A program made the position numbers and the translations under genes. Shown here in pieces: positions 1 through 9,315 of a stretch of 14,811 nt of DNA. Where the stretch lies: positions 1-14,811 of the forward strand of contig JBHLNZ010000072.1 in assembly GCA_048941015.1 (NCBI GenBank), given 5' to 3'. Each line of letters opens with the position of its first letter. Position 1 is the first letter of the stretch. The notes below the pieces were generated by a model. The model had not been told where the DNA came from and did no database searches. It was given only the letters and a program-made list of their open reading frames with translations. Source of the stretch: Promethearchaeota archaeon (lineage in GTDB: Archaea; Asgardarchaeota; Lokiarchaeia; Sigyniarchaeales; SOKP01).

Positions 1-111
1 AGAGTCTATTTAATTTCTAAACTAGTAACTTATATATATGAAATAGCATCATGGACAGAAGAGACATCAGATTATTTGAGAGGATTAATTATTAAATATC
101 CAAGTAGATAA
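1..111 (+). CDS. 3' end (partial) of probable DUF47/PhoU-like phosphate transport regulator
   Basis: Frame +1 reads RVYLISKLVTYIYEIASWTEETSDYLRGLIIKYPSR* (TAA 109-111). This resembles the DUF47 C-terminal helix (i..iad.aEd.aD.l..l..k) and sits 14 bp upstream of a pit gene, the usual DUF47-PiT arrangement. Confidence 0.7.
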   Translation, partial: RVYLISKLVTYIYEIASWTEETSDYLRGLIIKYPSR

Positions 112-125
112 AAGTTGAAAGTAAA

Positions 126-1094
126 ATGGCCTTAATATATATTATAGTAATCTTTTTGGTAATTTCAATCATCATTAGCTTTGGCATTGGAGCTAATGAT
201 GAAACAATGGCAACATTATATGGTTCTAAAACCCTATCGATGAGAGAATTGCTTATATTAGCTACGATCTTCGCTATTTTGGGAGCAACATTTTTAGGAA
301 ATGCTGTTAGTGAAACTGTGGGAAAAGACTTATTAGCATTTGAAGTAACAAACTCAATAGTTTTAACTATTTTAATTTCAACTGCTATATGGCTAATTAC
401 CTCTTCAGCATTTGGTCTACCAATTTCTACAACTCATGCAACTATAGGAGCGATTATTGGAATAGGTTTTCTTTTAGGTGGAGGATTTGGCGTTAATTGG
501 TTAACTATTTTAGAAATGGGTATTTGGTGGTTATTATCTCCTGTTATAGGATACCTAGTAACTTATGGGACTTACAAGCTAATTCACAAGCTTATTATTA
601 ATAAATTAAATGGTTTTAAAAGCTTTATAAAAACTGAAAAATATTTCTCGTATATTTTACTTGCTGTTATATGTTGGACTGCATTTTCTAGGGCAGGAAA
701 CGATTGTTCTAATGCAGTGGGAATCGTGGTAGGGGTGGGAACAGGAATAGATACCAATATACTGCTTCTATTCACCGGTTTAAGTTTGGCAAGCGGGGTG
801 GTAATATTAGGTCGTGGTGTTATCAAAAATGTGGGTACAATTACTGAATTACATCCAAGTACCGCATTTGCCAGCGAAATTCCAATAGCAATTATATTGT
901 TTTTTGGAACATTATTAGGAATTCCATTATCTGGTTCTCATATGCTGGTTGCATCTTTAATTGGACTAGCTAAAGCAAGAAGAGCTCCAACTAAAAAAGG
1001 TTTATGGAAAATTGTAATCATTTGGTTAATTACTTTTCCTATAGCTGCTTTTCTATCCATTGCACTTTACTTTCCAATTAATATAATTATCTGA
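126..1094 (+). CDS. pit: Inorganic phosphate transporter, PiT family
   Basis: 322-aa polytopic membrane protein with both PiT signature repeats (FGIGAND..; SRAGNDCSNAVG) and the LPISTTH / GIPLSGSH motifs. Confidence 0.92.
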   Translation: MALIYIIVIFLVISIIISFGIGANDETMATLYGSKTLSMRELLILATIFAILGATFLGNAVSETVGKDLLAFEVTNSIVLTILISTAIWLITSSAFGLPISTTHATIGAIIGIGFLLGGGFGVNWLTILEMGIWWLLSPVIGYLVTYGTYKLIHKLIINKLNGFKSFIKTEKYFSYILLAVICWTAFSRAGNDCSNAVGIVVGVGTGIDTNILLLFTGLSLASGVVILGRGVIKNVGTITELHPSTAFASEIPIAIILFFGTLLGIPLSGSHMLVASLIGLAKARRAPTKKGLWKIVIIWLITFPIAAFLSIALYFPINIII

Positions 1095-1329
1095 AACTAT
1101 TCTGTCTCTTTATATAAATATATTACAATCTTATTTACATATATGTATAATTTTTTCATTTAAAAATAGAGCAATTGAGCTTAATGAGCAATCATTATAT
1201 TCAAAAATTCTTACAGAATTTCTTAATTTTTTTCCAAAAAATATACTTTTTAAACGAATAGACTGTTATTTGTCATTTTATAAAAAATAAAAATAAAATA
1301 CAATTCGATAGATTATTAAAACGGTTAGC

Positions 1330-1482
1330 TTATTCTAATTTTTTATAATCGTGTTTTGTTGCGAGATGCATAGTATTTTGAGCGCCACAACTCTCACAAT
1401 ACTCTCTTAGAGTATGGTTAAATTCGCTACATGAAGTACATATGTATGGATAGGTTTTCTTATATAGTTTAGGGTTCATCAT
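1330..1482 (-). CDS. Small C4 zinc-finger protein (50 aa), RanBP2/NZF-type spacing; not in ORF track
   Basis: MMNPKLYKKTYPYICTSCSEFNHTLREYCESCGAQNTMHLATKHDYKKLE*, giving C-x2-C-x3-N-x6-C-x2-C. It is a GC-richer island in an AT-rich spacer, with a BRE/TATA-like element upstream and T-tracts downstream. Confidence 0.8.
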   Translation of the reverse strand: MMNPKLYKKTYPYICTSCSEFNHTLREYCESCGAQNTMHLATKHDYKKLE

Positions 1483-1502
1483 AATAAAAGATCCATTGCA
1501 TA

Positions 1503-1518
1503 AATTTAAACTCTTTGG
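1503..1518 (-). promoter_or_regulatory. Putative archaeal BRE + TATA box for the small zinc-finger gene
   Basis: Minus strand CCAAAGAG-TTTAAATT, with the TATA centred about 24-27 nt upstream of the ATGs at 1482/1479, consistent with a leaderless transcript. Confidence 0.4.
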
Positions 1519-1724
1519 TGTAATCCTAAAGATTTTATTTATTGTAAAAAATTTTCTTCAAAGCGTAAATTTAATATTAATAAATTATAGATTTAACTAG
1601 ATTCTAAAATTTTTTTTGAGTATATTAAATTTAATAAAAGAATTAACTTTAATCTTTAATTTTCTTTGCATAAACTCTACGAAATAGAAATATGATTCAA
1701 ATATAATAAGGAAGAATAACTTTT

Positions 1725-3116
<1,392 letters not shown>

Positions 3117-3120
3117 TTAA

Positions 3121-3140
3121 TAAATGAATAAGTTCATTTA
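3121..3140. promoter_or_regulatory. Palindromic candidate operator upstream of tpl
   Basis: TAAATGAA-TAAG-TTCATTTA: a perfect 8-bp inverted repeat with a 4-nt spacer, 26-45 bp upstream of the tpl ATG. Confidence 0.35.
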
Positions 3141-3373
3141 GATTCAAAAAGCTTACTGTAATTTTATCCCATGTTATTCCCATTCAATCAATTAAACTTT
3201 GGATAAATTACGGATTAGGAGTATATTAAAACATAAATTAGCAAGAGCCTCTCCTAAGAATCTCTAGCTTCGAATTAATTCTATTGAAGTAGAAAAATTA
3301 GACCATCATTGTAGACGAGCAGTTAAAGAAATCACTCCCAGCAGAATTTAGGGAAGATGGAAAATTAATGTTT

Positions 3374-3853
3374 TTACTTCCATTTCGTTAAGATCTCTTC
3401 GCGTTGAAATATAGCTCGACTGGTAAAAAACAAGCCTAAGTCGATTATAGCAAGAATTCCTGCAATCAATAGCAATGTGTTAACGTCGAGTGTAATTACA
3501 CTAATTTCGGTAAGTAAATATAGTGCAAAGAATGGAATGATTGTGAGGACTGCTAATTGTTGAGCGGATCGAACATCCTTCACGCGAGAAGAAATTATGA
3601 CGCTTAATTCTATACTCATAATGCATCCTAGGGGAGAATCTAAAAGAATCATAGTCGCAAAGAACCAATTTGGGAAATATATATAACCCACTTTAGTAGT
3701 AGTAAAAATATCCATGAGAACCATGAATATAACAGCACTAATAAATATCATGATTATTACAGCCAGGAATGCTGCTAAACTCTTACCGAGCAAGATTTCA
3801 TCATCAGTGGTCGGAGTCGCTAATAAGGGTTCAAGAGTTTTCTCAGTTTTTTG
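3374..3853 (-). pseudogene. 5'-truncated ABC-2-type transporter permease remnant
   Basis: The frame upstream of the TTG at 3793 continues as QKTEKTLEPLLATPTTDDEILLGKSLAAF (the ABC-2 permease EK..KTLE.LLATP...EILLGK motif), followed by ISSRVKDVRSAQQL and FQREEILTKWK. The N-terminal half is absent, there is an in-frame TGA at 3911-3913 and no ATG, and no ATPase gene is adjacent. Confidence 0.75.
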
Positions 3854-3959
3854 TAAGATAGTTAGTTCCTTAAACGGTATAATTAAATTAATTATATAAG
3901 GCGATACCTTTCAAACCATAAATAAGTAAGTTAATGTGAAATTATAATTATTTAATGCT

Positions 3960-4784
3960 CTACTTCTTTTTAGCTCTTAAGGAAAACATCATTGGAATTG
4001 AAAATTCAAATGATTCAAATTCCCAGTAGCCATCCTCTCTCTTTCGCATGTCAGGATGAATTTGGAAAAATCCAAAAGGGAATTCATGTAGAAATTCTAT
4101 TTCAAGTCCGTTTATTATTAAAGAATTGATTATTTCGCTCATAGGGTGAAACCATTCATAAGTAACTTTGTTTTGTATTTTTTTATCTGTGGATGCATAA
4201 GATGTGTCATCTTCAAATCGAACTGGTTTATTTTCATTAAAATAATTGAAACCTATTTTGAAGCTTTTCTTATAATGCTCATCAACTAGATTTCCGAAAG
4301 GATGTCCCTCGATTATATAGAAAATTCCTCCTGGTTTTAAGAAATGGCTTATAACTTCAGCCCATTTATAAAGATCAGGTAACCAGCAAAGCACACCATA
4401 AGATGTAAAAACAATGTCAAAATTCTCTTTTTTTATTCTTTTTGGTATATCATAAATATTTGAATGAATAAATTCTGAAGATATATTGAGCTCATTACTC
4501 AACTGTTGTGCTAATTCAATAGCTTTATCTGAAAAATCAATACCAACTACTCTGGCTCCCAATCGAGCCCACGAGAGGGTATCCAATCCAAAATGACACT
4601 GAAGATGGAGAAGATTTTTTCCATTAACATCCCCCAATTCTTCAATTTCTATTGGTAAAAGTGAGCTTTTTCCTTCTTTAAATCCTTTTAAATCATAAGT
4701 TTTAGAATTAGAATTAATCTTAACTAATTCATTCCAGCGTTTTAAATTAGTGTTAAAATATCTTTCATTATTCAATATTATCAC
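3960..4784 (-). CDS. Class I SAM-dependent methyltransferase
   Basis: Variant motif I LLHLQCHFGLDTLSWARLGARVVGIDFS, plus FDIVFTSYGVLCWLPDL and LKPGGIFYIIEGHP. GTG start; exact start uncertain. Confidence 0.88.
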   Translation of the reverse strand: MIILNNERYFNTNLKRWNELVKINSNSKTYDLKGFKEGKSSLLPIEIEELGDVNGKNLLHLQCHFGLDTLSWARLGARVVGIDFSDKAIELAQQLSNELNISSEFIHSNIYDIPKRIKKENFDIVFTSYGVLCWLPDLYKWAEVISHFLKPGGIFYIIEGHPFGNLVDEHYKKSFKIGFNYFNENKPVRFEDDTSYASTDKKIQNKVTYEWFHPMSEIINSLIINGLEIEFLHEFPFGFFQIHPDMRKREDGYWEFESFEFSIPMMFSLRAKKK

Positions 4785-4829
4785 AGCAAATAATGGTTTA
4801 AAAGGAATTTTGTGCTAAAGTAATTAATC

Positions 4830-5249
4830 TTATATTTTTATAATTCTTAGTTCTTGTTTTGAATTAGCAGAACCAGCTAAAATAGAATCGTTGATATTTA
4901 AATTACTAAAAGACAATTTGCTATTTTTTGTAATAATACAATTTTCTAATTTGAAATTGTCTCCAATGCTAACATTATCCAATACTATTGAATTGGATAT
5001 TTCTACATAATCTCCGATAATTGAATTCGCTCCAATATACACGTTTGGACCTAAAAGAACATCGTCTCCAATTTTAACTTTTTCTTCCAAATAAACGGGC
5101 TCAATAAAGGTTGGATAATCTCCCAAATAATTATCAACCTTATTAGTTAATTTTTTTAATGTTTTACGGAATAAAGGTAATATATTAAATTCCTTAATAT
5201 TTTCAAGATTCTCACATAATTTCTCTATTTCTTGTATTTCTTCAATCAT
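4830..5249 (-). CDS. Stand-alone left-handed beta-helix (hexapeptide repeat) protein, similar to the C-terminal domain of NDP-sugar pyrophosphorylases
   Basis: Hexapeptide repeats FIEPVYLEEKVKIGDDVLLGPNVYIGANSIIGDYVEISNSIVLDNVSIG. There is no nucleotidyltransferase LAGGxGTR domain. Confidence 0.75.
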   Translation of the reverse strand: MIEEIQEIEKLCENLENIKEFNILPLFRKTLKKLTNKVDNYLGDYPTFIEPVYLEEKVKIGDDVLLGPNVYIGANSIIGDYVEISNSIVLDNVSIGDNFKLENCIITKNSKLSFSNLNINDSILAGSANSKQELRIIKI

Positions 5250-5262
5250 AATAATCCCATTT

Positions 5263-5982
5263 TTAATTAATACCCATCATTTTTATTAATTTATCAATAT
5301 TTTCACCAGTCTTAGCACTTGTTGTTATAATCTCAATAGACGGATTGATTCTTTTAGCGTCAGAAATCATCTTATCAATATTAGTCCCTAATCTTTCTTG
5401 AAGATCGATTTTATTAATTACAGCTATATCAGATGATTTAAAAAGCATAGGGTGTTTTTCAACTACCCATTCACCTTCAGTTATCGAGACGATAACGATT
5501 CTTTTGTCAGTTCCTAAAATAAATTCTGAGGGACATATTAGATTTCCAACATTTTCAATAAAAATAATATCGTAATTCTGTAATTCTTTATTTCTTATAA
5601 TTTGATAGATATGATAAGCATTTAAAGCACATTCTCTACCAGTATTAATTTGAACTGTTTCTGCTTTATGCTTTTCTATGCGATTAGCATCGACTCTTGT
5701 TGTGATGTCTCCACATATAACTAAAAGACGATAATTTGATGCTAGTTTTTCAGTAATTTTTTCTAATATTGCTGTTTTACCAGCTCCAATTGCTCCAACA
5801 ATATCAAATGATTTAATCTTATGATTCCGAAACTTCTTATTTATTTCTTCAGCTAATATCTCATTGTCTCTTTCAACTTCTTTTTTCGTCTGGATAACAG
5901 AATCTCTAATTTCATCTCTTGCTAAATTAGTACTTTCTAGTTCTTTAATTCTAGTGAATTCTTTTTCATCTCGTTCTGACAT
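5263..5982 (-). CDS. hypB: HypB-family (G3E/SIMIBI) metallochaperone GTPase, archaeal type
   Basis: P-loop GAIGAGKT, QINTGREC, IFIENVGNLICP, SITEGEWVVEKHP, INKIDL, TSAKTGENI. Confidence 0.9.
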   Translation of the reverse strand: MSERDEKEFTRIKELESTNLARDEIRDSVIQTKKEVERDNEILAEEINKKFRNHKIKSFDIVGAIGAGKTAILEKITEKLASNYRLLVICGDITTRVDANRIEKHKAETVQINTGRECALNAYHIYQIIRNKELQNYDIIFIENVGNLICPSEFILGTDKRIVIVSITEGEWVVEKHPMLFKSSDIAVINKIDLQERLGTNIDKMISDAKRINPSIEIITTSAKTGENIDKLIKMMGIN

Positions 5983-6036
5983 TTTAAGAATTTCCGTGAT
6001 TAATTCTAGGAATATGTATTTTAAAGAAGTATTGAC

Positions 6037-6044
6037 AAAAAAAA
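6037..6044 (-). terminator. Putative oligo-T terminator after the dehydrogenase gene
   Basis: T8 tract on the minus strand about 22 nt after the TAG at 6067. Confidence 0.3.
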
Positions 6045-6066
6045 TTTTTGATTGTAAGAGTTTATA

Positions 6067-7089
6067 CTAATTTTTCAATTTATTTTCCGTATAACAGGGT
6101 ACTGGAAGATCTTTCATGGTTAATAATCCTGGCTTCGCATTTATTACGATTGGGATTAAATTTGCTACTATTGCTGCAGTTCCTATATCACCATGAACAC
6201 CTCCCACTATTTTTTGATGAAGGGAAGGAATACCGTCTACTTCTATGCTATCATATTCTTCATGGTCACCAGCATAAGCCACGAAATCTAAAACAAAAAT
6301 TTCCTTCTTATCTTTTTTTGCTACTGCTTTACTATTTAAGCCACATACATTGCCTTTGTATACCGTTTCTCCATAAGAGGTTACAAATTCTTTGCTTATA
6401 ATTATTGGATTTGGAGGAAATTCATCTAGAGTGTCATATTCAATTCCTAAAGCTCCAGCAATCATTTGTATTGATTGAATTAAACCAATATGGCCTGTAA
6501 TTTCATTATTATTTATTTTTTCATAAAATTCTTCGACTTTTAGGCCAGTTCCGATTTTGCGTTGAAATGATTCTCTTCGTTTAGCTGAATTTATCATTCT
6601 TGTAATTTTAATGGAGTGCACTTGTTGACAAGGGGCTGTTAAAACAATTGGAAGTAAATCCATTAAATAGCCAGGATTTATTCCCGTTCCAACAATGGTT
6701 AGGCCTTTAGTTAGAGCAATGTTATTTAATTCTTCGGAAATTGTGGGATAATTTTTATAGGGATAAGATAATTCTTCACAGATAGAAAGGACATTACAAC
6801 CTGAGTTTAATGCTTGCTTAATTATTGGTACTACTTTCTCCAGTGAGGATGATGTTGCTATAAAAACTAAATCTATATCCATTTGAGAAAGTATTTCAGC
6901 CAAATTAGATTCCACTTTTAAGCTTGTATCTTTAACATTAAGAATTTCACTTAAAAGTTTTCCTTTTAATGATTTGTCAATATCAATAACAGCTTTAAGA
7001 TCGATATTTTTTCTTTTAATTAGTAAATCCGCGATAATTTTTCCCATTGGTCCTAAACCAACTTGTAGTACATTGAATTTAGTATCCAT
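6067..7089 (-). CDS. NAD(P)-dependent amine dehydrogenase family (2,4-diaminopentanoate dehydrogenase Ord-like / DapB-N fold)
   Basis: Rossmann motif VLQVGLGPMG, GCNVLSICEELSYP, GTGINPGYLMDLLP, KIGTG, GHIGL and C-terminal GGVHGDIGTAAIVANLIP...PGLLTMKDLP. AGGAG SD at 7098-7102. Confidence 0.8.
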   Translation of the reverse strand: MDTKFNVLQVGLGPMGKIIADLLIKRKNIDLKAVIDIDKSLKGKLLSEILNVKDTSLKVESNLAEILSQMDIDLVFIATSSSLEKVVPIIKQALNSGCNVLSICEELSYPYKNYPTISEELNNIALTKGLTIVGTGINPGYLMDLLPIVLTAPCQQVHSIKITRMINSAKRRESFQRKIGTGLKVEEFYEKINNNEITGHIGLIQSIQMIAGALGIEYDTLDEFPPNPIIISKEFVTSYGETVYKGNVCGLNSKAVAKKDKKEIFVLDFVAYAGDHEEYDSIEVDGIPSLHQKIVGGVHGDIGTAAIVANLIPIVINAKPGLLTMKDLPVPCYTENKLKN

Positions 7090-7145
7090 TTATTTTTCTC
7101 CTTATTTTTAATTTTAATCATAAAAGAAATTACTATTAATTTAAA

Positions 7146-8489
7146 TTATAAATTAAACTGAGCTTGAGAAACTGGTTGTCCAATATTTTCTATTACATTT
7201 TGAATTTTCGTAAAATGTTCTTTTTTCTGAGCCATTGATAGAGAGCCTAATCCATGCAAACCAGAGATATTTCGATTAAAAAGAGCTAAATGGAGTAGCG
7301 ATTCTCGTTTTTTATGAGTAAATTCAATTATTTGTTTGATCGAAGGATTTTCAATCCACTTTTTAAGTACATGAAGCATTATGATTGATTTATGCCCTAC
7401 TGCTTTAATCGGTAATTTATTTTCAGTAAAAAATCGATCAAAATTTTTGAGTAATTGGTCTCCTTCTTTATTTATTCTGTCATATTCTTGTTGTGATTTT
7501 TTTAATATTTCTATAGTTTTTAGTCCTGCAACCATACTGAGCGGATAACCTGAAAAGGTACCCCCTCCAATTAAAACTTGATCATCTTCTAAAGGACTAG
7601 AACGTTCTATTATATCTTCTCTACCACCAATCGCACCAATCGGTAATCCACCTCCTATTATTTTACCCATTGTTGTTAAATCTGGTATTATATTTAGTTT
7701 ATTCTGATATAAACCATTCATAAATCTATAACCTGTAATTATCTCATCAAAGATTAAGAGAATATTATTATCCATAGTTTCTTCTCTTAATCTCTTCAAA
7801 AATTCAATTTCAACCGGAAATCCCCCTCCCCCTCCTAAAACGGGCTCTAAAATTATAGCGGCTAAATTATTCTTGTTTCTCTTGATTTGATCAAATATGC
7901 CATCATTATTAATCTCAAAAGTTAATACTCCTGCTTTTTCTGAATCAAGTAGACCTGGCGAAGTTTGACCATTAATTAGACTACCGACACTGTAATATAA
8001 ACTATCACTTGCACCATGCCAACCTAATTTAGCTTTAGCTATTAATCTCTTTCCAGTATAAGCTCTGGCTAATCTTGTAGCATACATTGTTGCTTCTGTA
8101 CCTGTAACACAAAATCGCATCATCTCAATACCTGGATTATTTTGAATGATTGTATCTGCCAATTCAACTTGATATTTGGTTAAAGTTCCAAAATGCCATC
8201 CTTTTGATAAGTGATCCTTTATTTCTTGTTGAATTATTGGATGATTATGGCCTAGAATCATAGCAAAATGACCGTTCCAACAATCAAGATATTCATTACC
8301 ATCAATATCCTTTAAAAAAGGTCCATTCGCAGATTCAATAAATATCGGAAAACCACCAATTAAATTTAAATTAAAGGTTCGAATAGTATGTGAAATGCCC
8401 CCAGGTAAGACTCTAAGTGCTTTTTCCCAGAGTGATTTTGATTTCATCCTATTTTTTTTATAAAGTTCTAACTCTTCTTGAATAAACAT
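7146..8489 (-). CDS. Class III PLP aminotransferase, glutamate-1-semialdehyde aminomutase-like
   Basis: DIDGNEYLD, ILGHNHP, RFCVTGTEATMYATRLARAYTG, LLIFDEIITGYR, PLP-lysine DLTTMGKIIGGGLPIGAIGG and GGTFSGYPLS. Divergent from canonical HemL and with no hem genes nearby. Confidence 0.85.
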   Translation of the reverse strand: MFIQEELELYKKNRMKSKSLWEKALRVLPGGISHTIRTFNLNLIGGFPIFIESANGPFLKDIDGNEYLDCWNGHFAMILGHNHPIIQQEIKDHLSKGWHFGTLTKYQVELADTIIQNNPGIEMMRFCVTGTEATMYATRLARAYTGKRLIAKAKLGWHGASDSLYYSVGSLINGQTSPGLLDSEKAGVLTFEINNDGIFDQIKRNKNNLAAIILEPVLGGGGGFPVEIEFLKRLREETMDNNILLIFDEIITGYRFMNGLYQNKLNIIPDLTTMGKIIGGGLPIGAIGGREDIIERSSPLEDDQVLIGGGTFSGYPLSMVAGLKTIEILKKSQQEYDRINKEGDQLLKNFDRFFTENKLPIKAVGHKSIIMLHVLKKWIENPSIKQIIEFTHKKRESLLHLALFNRNISGLHGLGSLSMAQKKEHFTKIQNVIENIGQPVSQAQFNL

Positions 8490-8612
8490 CTAAAAGATCT
8501 TCAAAGTATTTTTTATAATATAGTTTGAAATAATTTTTTACTTTTTGATTTTATCATTGATCTAATGAAGTCTTAATTAATGAAAAAAATTAATATTAAA
8601 TTAGAATTAAAG

Positions 8613-9173
8613 TTAAACATCATCCATTCCATAGAAATCTAAAGCTAAAGGAATTTGATGCCTATGGAAATAAAGTGATTCTAAAGATTTATTTAATAGA
8701 TAATTGTAAAAGAGCGTTATTAATTCTTGCAAAGATAATTTTTTAAGATGATTTCTATTATTGATATCGATAGAAAGGTCTTTCGAATTTCTTATTTTAT
8801 CAATAATTACGTTATAACATTTAAAAGGATTTATTTGATGAAGAAATTCAATTAAAGGTATGATAAATAATCCCGTTTCATTAATTATTATATGAATTAT
8901 AGGATTAATTGCTTGAATTGGAAAATTTCTTTTTAGTACTTTAAAAGCAGCAAATCTTACGGATTTGTCAGGCTCAGATATAAATATATTTTCTAGAAAT
9001 TCAAATATTTTAATACTTTTAGGATTAATTTTATTAATATATCTAAGGGATTCTATTCTCTGAGCATCATTATTACTCGTTTCTATTATGAAAATCAAAA
9101 AATCTAATGCTGCTCTTTTACTTAAATATGCATTTTGATAATATTGATAAACCTTTTTTGGAGAGTACATCAT
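8613..9173 (-). CDS. HEAT-repeat-like helical protein
   Basis: RIESLRYINKI...FLENIFISEPDKSVRFAAFKVL resembles PBS-HEAT repeats and, from recall, the N-terminal module of Lokiarchaeal LRR proteins. No LRRs follow. Confidence 0.65.
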   Translation of the reverse strand: MMYSPKKVYQYYQNAYLSKRAALDFLIFIIETSNNDAQRIESLRYINKINPKSIKIFEFLENIFISEPDKSVRFAAFKVLKRNFPIQAINPIIHIIINETGLFIIPLIEFLHQINPFKCYNVIIDKIRNSKDLSIDINNRNHLKKLSLQELITLFYNYLLNKSLESLYFHRHQIPLALDFYGMDDV

Positions 9174-9315
9174 TTTTAGATAGAAAAACTTACTTATCTA
9201 TATGACTTTTCTCAATTTCATATTTTTTTTTAAAATTAATTAAAACATTTGAAAAAATAAATTTTTTTAATAATAGAATCATCCAAATTTTTTTTAAATT
9301 TATTCTGATTAATAA

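Noticed and set aside
584-826. 80-aa minus-strand ORF
   Set aside because: Antisense shadow of pit; no motifs.
1330-1482. Ribosomal protein eL40 call
   Set aside because: Same Cys spacing, but it lacks the Arg/Lys-rich finger and the LRxK tail.
3200-3373. Moderately GC-rich spacer; considered as gene remnant, ncRNA or SECIS
   Set aside because: The frames examined are broken by stops with no recognisable motif, there is no convincing stem, and no selenoprotein candidate (in-frame TGA within a conserved frame) was seen in the window.
3878-3896. Palindrome TATAATTAA-A-TTAATTATA
   Set aside because: Purely A/T and expected by chance in this composition.
3714-3899. 61-aa plus-strand ORF
   Set aside because: Antisense to the ABC permease remnant.
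5864-6401. Plus-strand ORFs 5864-6070 and 6048-6401
   Set aside because: Antisense to hypB and the dehydrogenase; composition typical of shadow frames.
7146-8489. hemL gene symbol
   Set aside because: Divergent motifs and no tetrapyrrole context; only the family is supported.
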